Positions 38,381-50,200 of a stretch of DNA of 64,000 nucleotides are shown here, in pieces. Location: assembly GCA_905178155.1 (NCBI GenBank), contig CAJINV010000036.1, forward strand, positions 51,033 to 115,032. Reading direction: 5' to 3'. A program made the position numbers and the translations under genes. Under the pieces are notes generated by a model. It did not search any database, had not been told where the DNA came from, and saw only the letters and a program-made list of their open reading frames with translations. The DNA comes from Amoebophrya sp. A120 (Eukaryota; Protista; Dinoflagellata). Every line of letters starts with the position of its first letter. The stretch's first letter is position 1.

Positions 38381-41300
38381 ATGTCTTCTACCACAGGATA
38401 TAGTGCCAGATTTCTGCGGGCAGCCGTTGTCGGTTTGTATGGCCAATTGCAATTTGCAGCGGCCCAATGTGGTCCAGGGAATTCCCTGCCGTACCCTCCC
38501 GGTACGACCACTTGTCCGGCGTCTGGATCCTCCAAAAGTGGCGGAAAAGCGCCGCCATCGTCCTCAGGCTCCGCACCGAGTACTACATTCACATAAGCAG
38601 CTACTACATAAGCAGCTGCTAGTGCTGGTAGCTGCATGTCCCGCAGTGCATTTGGCTTTTTAACTGATCAACACGCGCAGTCTGATGTCAGTGAACATCT
38701 TCAACACCTTATTTGATTAATTCGGAAAACGTACCAGGACGTACACGTAGCAAAGCTGTCGCGTAGCGGCATGCATCCCTCTGAGATCGACCTCCTACAT
38801 GATTTTTGAATGAAAAGTTGTTTTAGAAGCTCTAGCTCTTGACTCACAGGTGGTATGGCGACCGCCGGGCAGCAGACGTCTCACCAAGCTCCCCCTGACG
38901 CGACTTCCGGGACAACAGCACAACAGGGAGCGCCACCGGCGCCGTCAAGCGGCTCGGGAATGCCAACTGCTGGGCCCGGCGCTGGGAGCAACATGGGGGG
39001 ATCTGCGATTACGTGTACTGCCCGGCCCTGTGGCGCGAGTACTCTGGGCGACGTGGCCCTGGTCACCGCATCTGGAACGGATACGCGCAGCGGTGTCACC
39101 TTTTCTCCGGGCGAAAACATCTACGGGCCGTTCGAAGCCGGATTCAGTAATTGCTCTATTTTTTTGTACAATTATCTATAATACTAATTATCTATAATAC
39201 TATTCAAAAAATTCTGGCGGGCGGGGGGGTGCAAGCTACTAGTAGGAATCCTACTAGTGGAAAGCTGCTAGTAGAAAAAAGGCTACTAGTAGAAATCCTG
39301 CTAGTGTTTTTAGCGTCACAAAAAGCCGCGACCGGTACTAGTGACAGGGGCCACTAGTGAGGGCGCCCACTAGTGGAGCCACTAGTGACAAAAAAACCGA
39401 TTTTGGGGAAGCGGAAACACTAGTGAGAAACACTAGTGAGAAAGCCCGCCAAATTGGGAAACTCGCTGGGAGGGGCCGAGGCGCCCGCTGCCCGGCCCCC
39501 AGGTGGCCTTCGGACCTGCCTGCCGTGGTCCGGGCCCTTGGCATTGGCTTAGATGCCTGGCGGTTCGCGTTTGGCTGCCCCAGGCTGAAGTCGCTCTGCT
39601 TTGTGGCGCCCCGTCCCCTTCCACCTCTGTTGCGAGCGATTTGGCGCCAGTTTGCGCCTTCTCTGCCGCCTGTTGCTCTGCAGGCCGGGCTCGCTTGGTC
39701 GCGTTCGGACTGCCGACGGACCACGGGGGCTCTTTGGCCGCGCCGGGGCTGCCTGATTTTGTCTCTTTGGATCGCCGAGCGTGTTTTCGGTTTCTGTGGA
39801 TTGCCGCTCCTTGCTTTGGATTGCCGAGCGTGTTTTCGGTTATTCTTTGCGGCCCGCCTGCTCCTTCTCCTTTCGCTCCCAGCGCTTTTTGCCTCGTCCC
39901 CGGCCATTGGTGGGCTTTCACTTTGGCCTGCTTGTTGTTTTTTTTTGGCCTGTCTCGTTTCTAGAGAGAGCCACACGCAGCGCCCCCCTGCCTTTCCGCC
40001 GCGGCCCTGCCTGCTCCTGTGCTTTATTTTTCCCTCGTGCTGGCCGTGTTTCTTGTCTTTCGGCCGTCGGCGCGCTCTTTTCGATCTCTTTCCTGTGACT
40101 AGCCTCCCGGGCCGTCGAAAGGGGTCTGGGCACGCTCTCCGCCGGACCTGTTTGTGGCGGCTCAAACAGGGGCTGCGCTGTGCGCCCCCTACCGCCGCTT
40201 GCGCCTCGCGGCCTTCTCTCTCCTCACGCTTCTTGCGCTCCCGCCGACCGAGGGAGGAATGCCAGGGGCGCTCCCGTTTTTTTTTTCGCCTGTCGCGCCA
40301 GCATGGTTTGAGGCTGTAGCGCTAGGCGCTACCCTGTAGGCTCTTTCTCCCTCGCTCCCCCTTGCACCCCCTCGTCGCCGGGCCGGCGGGCGCGGAGCGA
40401 CCGCCCGTTCTAGATAAATACTATTCATTCTCATTCATTGATGCGACATTTTTTGCACTTGTAACTTCCGAAAGTGAGTGCCACACGGAAATTAATAGTA
40501 CACGAACAAGGCAGGAGTGGCCCAATATATAACTGTCCTAGGAAATAAAAGTAAAACGTAACGCAGGTTCACAGCAGGACTTTATTCTCACGGGCCTCGG
40601 TTGTTCCACGGGGAGCCTGGGGTACATTGACGGGGGGATAGACACATACACGGCGGAGCAGATATGCATTGCATATATGTCTGGGTCTGGAAGACTGCGA
40701 GATTTCTCATGCTAGTTTGGCATGACTCTGAACTCTGTATTGCGTGGCCACGAAGGCCTCCTCTTGTCTGTCATGCAAAAACGGTGTTTCTCATGCACAA
40801 TAGAAAATCTCAATCTGTCATGCTTCTGCCATGCTTAGCGGTGGAGCCACGAGAAAATCTGTCATGCTTAGCGGTGCATTACAGAGCGCTTTCTGTTCAC
40901 TGACATGCATCACAAGTTTCCAGACCCAGACATTTTTACCTTTGATAGCAGATGGTAGCTTACCAATGCTCCATCACGTTGCCCCGAGTCGAAAACAACA
41001 ACTACGTTTCCCTGCTCGACGAGTGCGGGGGGCACACCCGCGAGTACCACTTTCACGAGCGCCTGTCCTGCTTGTACGACCAGGCAGCCAGCGGCCACTC
41101 GGCGCAGGTCGGGAAAGAGGCGGCCGGCCTGCCGGATGGGCAGCAACTGCTGGTGTACGGCAAATACGAGAATCGGCCGACCACACCCCAGCTGGACGCC
41201 TGCAACGGGCATTTCGGGGTCACGCCCGACAGTGCCGGGGTGGTGGTCTACCACTATCACGTCTCGGATTCCGCTCCCTTTACCATCGGCTGTCACGGCC

Positions 41301-44300
41301 CCGACAAAAACGCCGCCGGGGAGGAGATCCTGGTCACTTTGGAGCGCTGTCGCGCAGTCTCCAGTGGTTGCGGCGCCAGTATTAAGACGCTCTAATTGAT
41401 TGTGCTTCAGTAATATTTCTTGCAAAATTATTCCACATATTACACAGTTACTTTTTGCGAGCGCATAGCCAATCTGTCAGTACATTTTTGGGGCAGCATT
41501 TTTCATCCATGGGGTTCGGGTCTAGGTTTACCTGCTTGTTCTACAAAACTACATACGTAAATTGTATCAAATTCAAACAAACGAAACACAACACCTACAG
41601 GCGCAACAGTGAAGTCCATCACGCGCAACAAGTACCCGCAGTCCGGTTCGGAAACTGTTTTACGAAGTCGAAAACGCAGCTCCCTGCCGCATGCTCTTCA
41701 AAAGAGATCAGGTTTCGGAAACGAATCTGATGAAATAGAAACGCAGATACAACTCATGTGCATCAGGCAGCTCTCTCACGCAGAAAAGGAAGCTGCGTCC
41801 TCCTTCCAAGTTGTTTCGAAAACTTTTGGGTGGATGTTTTGCAATGTAGAAGAAAAGTATAGAACAAGAAGATTTGAAAGAAAAGGTCCTGAATTCGAAG
41901 ATCGCCGCCGCTGTCCACTAGAAGCAAACAAGTAGCTGGGCAAGCCGTGTCGCACACACTGCAAGCGCTGTCTCATATCCTACCTTTTGAAAAAGGTTGG
42001 AGCAGCAGGGAGGGGTGTCGTTTTTTTCCTACGCATAGGTGCAGTACAAGACTTGGTGCCCGTGCTACGACGCCAATGGTTCCAACGTGGACTCGGCTAC
42101 CCTCCCGGTCTTCGCAAGCAGCGCCACCATCACAAAGAGCAGCGTCGCAGGAACTACGCCGACTCCGAGTCCGAGCCCGGCCCCCGCGCCGGCGCCGACT
42201 CCCGCGGCAGCGGCCGTCACCACGACCACCACCACCACCACGACACTGGCTCCGCAAAACTGCGTGGCTGCCTGGAGCGCCTACGGGAACTGCACCAGTG
42301 GCGTCGAGGAGTCCACGTACACGATCACCACCTTCCCAAGCGGAACGGGTGCGACGGCGTGCCTCTACCCGCAGCACGCGACCAAGCAGCGCCCTTGCGA
42401 CGAGTCGACCATGATGAACAGCCAAAATCCATCGACGGGCACCTGCTACGGAGCCTGGACGGACCTGAACGGTGGCGCCTGTACGTCCGGCGTGAAAGGC
42501 AAGCAGTACACCACAGCCAACGACTATCCGAGCAAAAAAAGTATAGTACCTTGCTCAAGAACTACAACACCGGTCGCGTTGTAGTTGACCGTGGAGGCGC
42601 TCCGTGCTGCTCGGATGCGTTTTTGCATTTATCTTTCCCATTTTCAGTGCCGGCATGTAAAGAAGATTTAGAGGAACTTATAATTTGTAGGATGGAACCT
42701 AGCATCAAGGTGGTCGGGGTCTCTCACATCAACTCCACTTGGTTTTGTATGGACAGCACAAGTGTCCTTGCCGTTGATTGCGCGAGACGAACATCAGTAA
42801 CAAGTGCGGAGCGTGAATTATTATTGCTGTGCGGACTTGTAGTCTTTGAACGCAAGCAGTTCTTATTTCACGGTGTTGAGCAAACAACTTTTTTCCTTCG
42901 GATAGGTTCACCGAAAGCTGTCCCATCGCGAACAACACGATCGCCGCGGAGGTCTGCGGGACGTACTGCCAGGGTGGCTGGTCCGCATGGAGTGCCTGCG
43001 AAGAAAATGCCATCCTGTGCTTCTACCAAGTTCAGTACTCCGCCACGAACCCGAGTACCGTGACCGCGGTGACGCAGATATCGTGAGAAAAAAGTGTTCA
43101 CTGCGAGGACTTTGCACGTTTTGCATTACAAGTTCGTTGCTCATGACAAGGAAAACCTGCCATGCGTACTACCTAAGGGAAAACACATTGAAAAAGACAA
43201 TGTCTTGCATGTGTAGCAAGACAAATGCGTCTGTGTTGCATTCCATGCATCACAAGTTTACAGTCAAACAGTTTTTTCCTGCGATAACAGAAGACGCAGG
43301 AACAGTACCAAACCCTGCTGGACGCGGGCACCACCAGTGGGCTGACCTTATGAATGTGCACAACTCCCCTTCCCCCTCATTTGTGTAGCATGAACGGCAA
43401 TACAAGCATCAGCAAGAGTGCCGGTTTTGCATGACAAATTTGCGCTGGATTATAGTGCTCTTTGGGCTACCAGAACTTGTCATGCAAACAGTGCCACGAT
43501 GCAAAGGGTGGATTGGGTATTTTGTATGGCAAATGAGGGGGAGGGGGAGTTGTGCACTTTTATAGACCTGGAAGTCGTTGCTGAAGCAGAATGCGGACGG
43601 AACCACGGCCAACACGGCCTGCAGCGCCATCAGCACCACGGAAGCAAGCACGCTGATCTCCGCCGGGCATACAGGAGCTGTGAATGCCTACGTCCCCGGA
43701 AAGAAAACCTATCCAGTGTGAAAACGTCACTTCCCCAGGCCAGGCACCGCCCGACACACCTCGTCGTCGGGCGCGCTCGCGTTTTCTAATATATAGTCTC
43801 GACGGTTTTGCAATGATTCAGTTAATGTCAACCGGGAAGTGTCTGTGAATTGAATGATCGGGCCGTTATTAGAAATCAAATGGCCGCGATCACGATCTTC
43901 ACACGGACAATCATGCAATTACAGTGTCACTGGTACTACTACTACAGAACAAATCAGAGAACATCTGAACTCCTTTACCTTTAGCAAGTGTTACGACCGG
44001 AATAATAAACCTGCTGTATCTGTTGAGTATCGGGTCGGGGGGACGCTTTTGCTCCGGATAAGAAGCGGTCCTTCACTGCAACGCAACAGCCTAGTGGCAA
44101 CGGTGCGGCTTGCCCCGCATCTCCGGAAACCAAGGTGTGCAACTTCGTGTTCAAGACCGTCGCGAGCGCGCCGAAGAAGACGCTCCAGCCGACCCAAATC
44201 GCCACCCGCTTGTCCGCCGGCTTCGCGCTGCCAGCCTGCAAAACGCAGGCAGAACTCAATGCGGACACAGCGTTCAAGACCGCGATCGCAAACGGAGTCC

Positions 44301-45209
44301 GAGGCTCGGTGTCGTCGCAGACCTGCGTGGCCGACCAGATTATCTGCACGAGCTGCCCCACGGTGTCTTCCTGCCCCGCGGGGGTCCGCCGCCGCCTGCA
44401 GACGTCCACCACGGACCGGGAACTGCAGGTCGATTATGGCTCTGAAAACTACTGGCCCCGCGACCCAACGAAGAAATTCAATTTTTTTGTTTTGGTTTTT
44501 CAGTAGCAGTCCTTATTTAATTGGCAGAAAATAAAGTACTATGCAGCGAGTGTCTTCGAATGTCTCTATTAACAGCAGGCTGTGGAAGTATCTATGTCTA
44601 TCTTGCATCCTTCCACACGAGAAGTCGCTTCAAAATCGGGTCGTTGCAGTTCAGTTTTCAGACGGATACAGACGTCACCATCACTTTTACCGACGCCGCG
44701 TCGGCATCAACGGCAGCCACGGCAATGCACTATGCGACTGCATCCTCTCCCCCTCATTGTGAGTGCATGAGCAGCAACAGCAAGAAAAAAAACAAAAACT
44801 GCATGACGAAAACATCAAGCTTGTATCTTCAACAAAAGACTGTACTTATTGCTTTTGCTCTTTGCGCGTCCCGAACATACTTTACCATGCTGGGAGCGGG
44901 TCTGCGTGATGAAAGACACCCGGACTAGGTGGAAACTTGCATTTTTGTGTGGCAAACAAGGGGGAGTCAGTTGTGTGCTTTCATATGCAGACGGACACCT
45001 ACAAGACCACCCTGAAGACCCAGGTCAACTCCGCGATCACCGCCGACAGCAACTTGGCTGCCAAATACCAGGTTACCGCAGTCACCGGACTGTCCGCCGT
45101 CCAAACATACGACGAGAACCCGACGGTGGCCTCATCCAGCGCGACGTACTGTGTGGCCGCGGCGGTCATGGGCGTGCAGCTGCTTGCGTTCCTTCTGCTG
45201 CAATTGTGA
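38381..45209 (+). CDS. Multi-exon secreted, probably GPI-anchored surface protein with YHYH domain and TSP1-like repeats
   Basis: Signal-like exon 1; LDECGGH..EYHFH..GHS..DG..YG..LDACNGH..YHYH; TSP1-like CVAAWSAYGNC, CQGGWSAWSAC and RSF..QPSGNGAACP..ETKVCN; hydrophobic C-terminus. GT-AG introns 38580-38849, 39147-40566, 41379-41600, 41657-42038 plus seven introners. Confidence 0.75.
39207..40416. mobile_element. 1.2-kb GC-rich non-coding insertion in an intron, superfamily unassigned
   Basis: 11-bp direct repeat AATACTATTCA (39196-206/40417-27); subterminal inverted repeat GGGGGTGCAAG / CTTGCACCCCC; ACTAGT cluster; 3' GC hairpin plus CTAG. Confidence 0.75.
40663..40947. mobile_element. Introner family A
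   Basis: TSD GCAGA; frame EQ-MVAY restored. Confidence 0.92.
42525..42904. mobile_element. Degenerate introner
   Basis: TATCCGAGCAAAAAAAGT / ACTTTTTTCCTTCGGATA; TSD eroded; element+5 removal is in frame. Confidence 0.6.
43079..43286. mobile_element. Introner family C
   Basis: TATCGTGAGAAAAAAGTGTT / AACAGTTTTTTCCTGCGATA; flanks GCAGA/ACAGA. Confidence 0.82.
43349..43564. mobile_element. Introner family F (reverse to 28763 copy)
   Basis: TSD GACCT; lacks the nested insertion. Confidence 0.92.
43710..44060. mobile_element. Degenerate introner
   Basis: TATCCAGTGTGAAAACGTC / GACGCTTTTGCTCCGGATA; TSD eroded; frame restored into a TSP1-like motif. Confidence 0.55.
44435..44668. mobile_element. 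Degenerate introner
   Basis: TATGGCTCTGAAAACT / AGTTTTCAGACGGATA; frame QVD-VTITF. Confidence 0.65.
44731..44985. mobile_element. Degenerate introner, F-like
   Basis: TAT...ATA; flanks TGCAC/TGCAG; frame restored. Confidence 0.65.
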
Positions 45210-45400
45210 TTGCTGCCAGGCATTGATTCCTCTCGTGCATCGTTCTTCTATGTTGAAAAGCACTTAGACTTAATGTTTAAGTAATTATATTACCCCGTCC
45301 GCCCGTACCACAATTTATCACTTGATTTTCGGGTAGTATGAGATGGGATGCAGCCAGGGTAGGAATGTTCGAAAGAATTTATCAAAAAATGCAAGTAGGT

Positions 45401-45629
45401 TATCCAGTGCAAATCTCTCTGGGTCTGGACGATTCGTGCGCGTGTTTGTCATGCCTTTTCTGCATCAGAATTCATTGCCTTTTCTGCATCAGAATTTTCG
45501 ACCGTATTGTAGGAGCAATGGAAATTTGAAAAGCTTTTTGCCTTCTTGCAAGACAGATTGGTGTACGATCCGCACCTCGAAGGCCATGAAATTGCATCTT
45601 TTCAGACCCAGATACGCTTCAAATGCATA
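45401..45629. mobile_element. Family A element outside coding sequence
   Basis: TATCCAGTGCAAATCTCTCTGGGTCTGG / CAGACCCAGATACGCTTCAAATGCATA; TSD TAGGT; 190 bp downstream of stop 45209. Confidence 0.85.
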
Positions 45630-47299
45630 TAGGTACCTACTTACCGATCTTGTTTAGTACTGTTTGTCTTTCCCCGTTGCAGCACGACCATCCGAATTTT
45701 TACAGCGGAAACCTTATTTAGCTTCGAGCAAGCGCAGGAGCATGCGAAAAGAAATCACTACGTCTGCAACGTCACCCGCTACTGCGAGCTTTTTTACCTA
45801 TAGTTTTCACTGTACAATTATGATCATCTGAACTGCTTCAGCACTTCATTTTTTATACACGCAACGTCAAAAAGAAAGATCGATCTTTTTCTTGGTCTCA
45901 GAAGTGTCACAAGTAACCGCCAACTCCAACTCGCGTGATTTCTCTTTTTCTTGCATTTTTTCAGCAATCAGGAAAATCAAAAACGCAAAGGCAAGAATGA
46001 AGCTTCTGAATAAGTAGGTATGCTTGTTGGAAAGAACAGCAATATTTATTACTGCGCGTTGAGACGGACGAAAATGTTCTTTCTCTCGAATTCGATTTTT
46101 ACCCTTTTTTATATTCAAATTCGTCTTTAACCAACAATCTATAGTTCTGTCAGTGTCGGGTGGCCCCGCGTTAGCAGTGGGACTAACACATATCCAACAC
46201 AAACTTGTACAATACGTATAAAGGTGCCGCAATGAAGAACCTCCCTGATATTAACCGATTTTATAGTAATTATCAAGGGCTTGTTAGTAAGCAGGACCGT
46301 TTACTCGACGTGGTATTCAGGGAACAATAAATTATAGACAGATACATCGAGGAGCTGTTTCTAGCATTTTACTGGTGGTCTCCTCCGTTTCATTTTGTTC
46401 ACCGGACTGAAGAATGCAAATTGAAATTAGCTATGTCGATGAGAGTCACGTTTTTCATCCGGCCTGTTGATTAAAGCTTGTGTCACAGGACAGTCGCCGT
46501 AAGTGAGAACGAGAACGACGAATAAACAACGGAGACAAAAGGTAGAGGTAGTGCGCCAACAGTCGTGCCTTCCGCATCTCACTTATGTTTTACAGGAACG
46601 TGTTCACGACAAGCGCAGTGCTCTCCGTTTGTTCAGGCTCTCTGTGGCGTATGCCTAGAATGAATAACGTGTCTGCGTGTGCACCGAAGATATTGTTATT
46701 TTTTTAAAACTTTGCAAAGCATCTTTTGTGATGGAGGAGAAGTAGCTCTCGGCTAGCGAATGGAGCGTAGTCTACTCCGCGCTATCTTGCAACATATCTG
46801 CTAGCAAGTCCTTGCATTTTTTGCGTCTTCCTCATCGGTGTTTTTTCCTCTGTGCGTTTTTTCTTTCAGCGCTATATCGCTCCGTGAGTCTTCTCCTTGT
46901 GGTTGCGCGTTTTTTTTTCACTGACAGGAGGTCGAGTCACGACTCACTCGTCAGAAACCAAACCGGGGGAGCGCGGCACGCACGAAAGCATCGCTCACCA
47001 AGGTAGTAATGAATTACATGCAGGAAAAGAGTCGGATTCCCTCCGATTACGATCGGCTCGATAAATTGATGCTATTTTCAACGCACAGAAGGCAAGCGCA
47101 TCCGTGTGGCATTGCAATTGAAGGATTCAATATCACAATTCCACATACTCAGTCGCATTAGCATTCTCAGTTTCATCTCATTGTGAATTGACACGTCTTC
47201 AGCAGGTTAGTTGGTTCCCTTCTTTCCTGAATTGTTCTTCGAGAAGGCGCGCACAAGTATTTCCGGATCTGACGAGCTGTTGTGAAAGACAAAAAAATT

Positions 47300-50200
47300 A
47301 TGGCGGAGCAGATCAACATCACTCCTCGTGAGGAGCAGGGCTCAAAAGAGTCCGTGCGGCCCTCGACGGATTCTGGATGTAAGGGAGGTATCGACACGGT
47401 GTCGGATTGGTTTGATAAGGCCTTTGACGAAGTTGGGCAAGCGTACGGTCGCCAGGCGGTGCGTCGGCCCGTCGCGTGTGCGTGTGCAGGATTTTGGGTC
47501 TTGCTCCTAACCGCCATCCCCGTCTTGGTCAGTCTGACGCAAACCGACCACAATGGGCGCCCGATGCGCAGTATTTTTTGTTTTTCTCTTGTTTAGAATA
47601 CGTTGAGCAATACACGATGTCTGGGCTCCCGCAGTTCATCCGGCCGAAACCGACATGTCGCTGCTGTCGGACACGATCTACTAGAACATGAACTGACTGT
47701 AATAGAACTAGGACTTGGCTATTTTATCTTGCACTTCCACGTAACTACAGGCCCCGTCAACAAAAACCGCGGATTTGCGTACCGCTCTGACTACAAAATG
47801 TGGTCCCCAGTCTATCGTAATGATTAGCGCACTCGCCCCGAAGTTCCTCTATCAAATTAATATTGCTAGGCTCTACTTTCGAGCGAGTTGTAAAAGCAAT
47901 TGCGTTTTGCATGACCATGACAAACATTTGTGTGCGATATTCCCCTTGCACTCCTGGAACTTTAGCAGGACAGCTGGCCGCTGATCCTCGTCCATGATGG
48001 AGGATACTGCCATACATAAATATTTTCGGTGTGATGAACAGGGAATCAGTTATTGTGATGAAGCTCCACATCAAAGCAGATCGTCGCCCTTTTTGTTCGT
48101 TTTCATTCCAAATTTGTTTTTCATTTTCTGAAATGGGCATCGGCAACAAACATTCCATAGACAGACACCGGCTGATGTTTCTGAGGCAGGGTGGGGCGCG
48201 TCTTTTCATCACCATACGGTCTCAACTCCGCAGGCGGAACGCTTGGATCGCGTGGAGAAGTCGGCCCAAAAGATGCGGAAGGATATCATAATGAAAAACG
48301 CTCCGACCTTCGTAATAAAAGCGAAGATCAATCATACTGCTGCATTGCTAAAGTTCCAGATAGCATCCAGAATCACGCACGAGCTGCGATTTTTCCTTTG
48401 TTTGCAAGCTTCGCGACGAGCAGCAGCTGCTCTGACACGACAAATATCTCGGCCTTCTCCTGTGCCTCTCCGTCGCGCGTCTTATCGCACATTTGCACTG
48501 CATTCATGTCGCTCTTGTTCCTTCATGCTCATGCAGGCCGATATGACTCACGGTGATGATTTCAATCAAGAAACATCACGTCGCAAGCTTTCAGTTGTAC
48601 AGTAGCTTTTCATGAGAAAAGGGGGATGCTTTTCACTTTGATAAAAGAGTACCTGGATTCTGCGGCGCATAAGGCAGCCGTGATCGGCTTCACGAAAAAT
48701 CCCGATATTGCCTCGGATTTGAACCATATGACTGAAAAAAAGTGTTTCATCATTATGACCATTTTGCAGTTGCTGGATTCGCATGATGAGGGAACTTGTA
48801 GCTTCGCTCAACAAAGAAAATCTGCCATGCCCCGCGCTTCCCTGGAAAAATGAAGACAGAAAAAAATAGGATGATCTGCTGCGTTTCCTGCCGACAACCG
48901 ACCAACGAACACAGGAGGCGTGGGTATCAGAAACACAATCGCATGCCCTGCATTATAATACTGTTTATGAAACATGAAACAAGCTTTTCTCCTTCCATAT
49001 ACCAGGAATGCAAAGATCAGGAGAAGGGCAAGGAAGAACAGTTTCTGTTTCTCCTCTACCGGAAAAACAACGGCGTCGATTTGTGCAAAACGGACAACTT
49101 ATCCCGCAGACATCTATAAGCTAGATAAGTACTTGTCTGCCAGCCCTCACCAGCAGCTGATAAACCTGCTTACGTACTCGCTTTATCGTAGCGGGTGGCT
49201 CTCTGGGAGAGCAAATCAATACTCATTGTGATGCATCATTGACATCTCGAAATAAACAAAGGGCGATGCATGTAGAGCAGACCCACGTAAGTAGGTAGCC
49301 GCTAGATTTCGGCGGGATACAGCGTCGACAAGATCTGGAATTGGGAACAGTACGTTAAGAAGCGTGTCACGAAGGAGGGAAAGGGGTAAAATTTTCTTCC
49401 TGCACCATATTTTTAACACACTGCTGATAGATATCATGCGTGCCCGCACAATGCACGACACTACAAACTGTTTACTCAATGGAAGCACGTAAGAATAAAG
49501 CAGACAGGTCTGATCGTGTTCGTGAATGATAGCAGTATATTTATAAAGATCCACGACATCAACACCAGTCGGCAGAAGTTCTAGTAAAAAGCGTTGTACT
49601 TGCTTTTATGACTATGACGCAACAGGTACGCGTATGGCCCGGACTTCTGTCCGCTCAATCCTGACATGAACATCGGACCCCGCATGATGGCCCGAAATGC
49701 AACCGGCTGGAATGGAGCTGCATCCAACATTTTGTACCATAAGACCTTCTCAAACGTTACAATCTCAAACGTTACGGTTACAATTGAGTCTGGGATTTGT
49801 CTTGTTGCATGATGAGCATGACAGACTCGCAGAGCGTTCCACTTTCTGCAATACAAATTTCGCCCGATTCTACTGCGGTTTGGAGCTCCAAAACTTGTCA
49901 TGCGCAATCCTGTGGGAGTTGGCTAGATCACGCACTTCTTGCATCACAGACTTCCATACTCTGTTGTAATGTTTGAGATTGTAACACTTGAGCAGGTTAT
50001 ATACCAGACCCAGGGTTTTATGGAGCCATGTGACAACTACAAAACCGCAGGGCATCCCGGCTACCACGAACACAAAGCGTGCGTGTTGAAAGGTCAGAGC
50101 CCCACGATCAAACTATCGCAAGAACTGCCCTTGTCTTCTTTACTGTAAGTACTTGGCGAAATGCAACACAGATGCACAGGCCTGAGTGAACAAGAAGTAG

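Noticed and set aside
38269-38637. Minus-strand ORF with signal-like start, similar to minus ORF 32082-32531
   Set aside because: The similarity is explained by the duplicated + strand leader exon, which splices in frame to the YHYH gene.
39338-40319. Overlapping 275/320-aa ORFs as a possible transposase
   Set aside because: Low-complexity Arg/Leu/Ala translations of an A-poor GC-rich tract; no DDE, HUH or RT motifs visible.
48704-49005. Candidate introner starting TAT at 48706
   Set aside because: No TIR, and the element+5 rule breaks the frame; a GA-AG intron 48704-49005 fits better.
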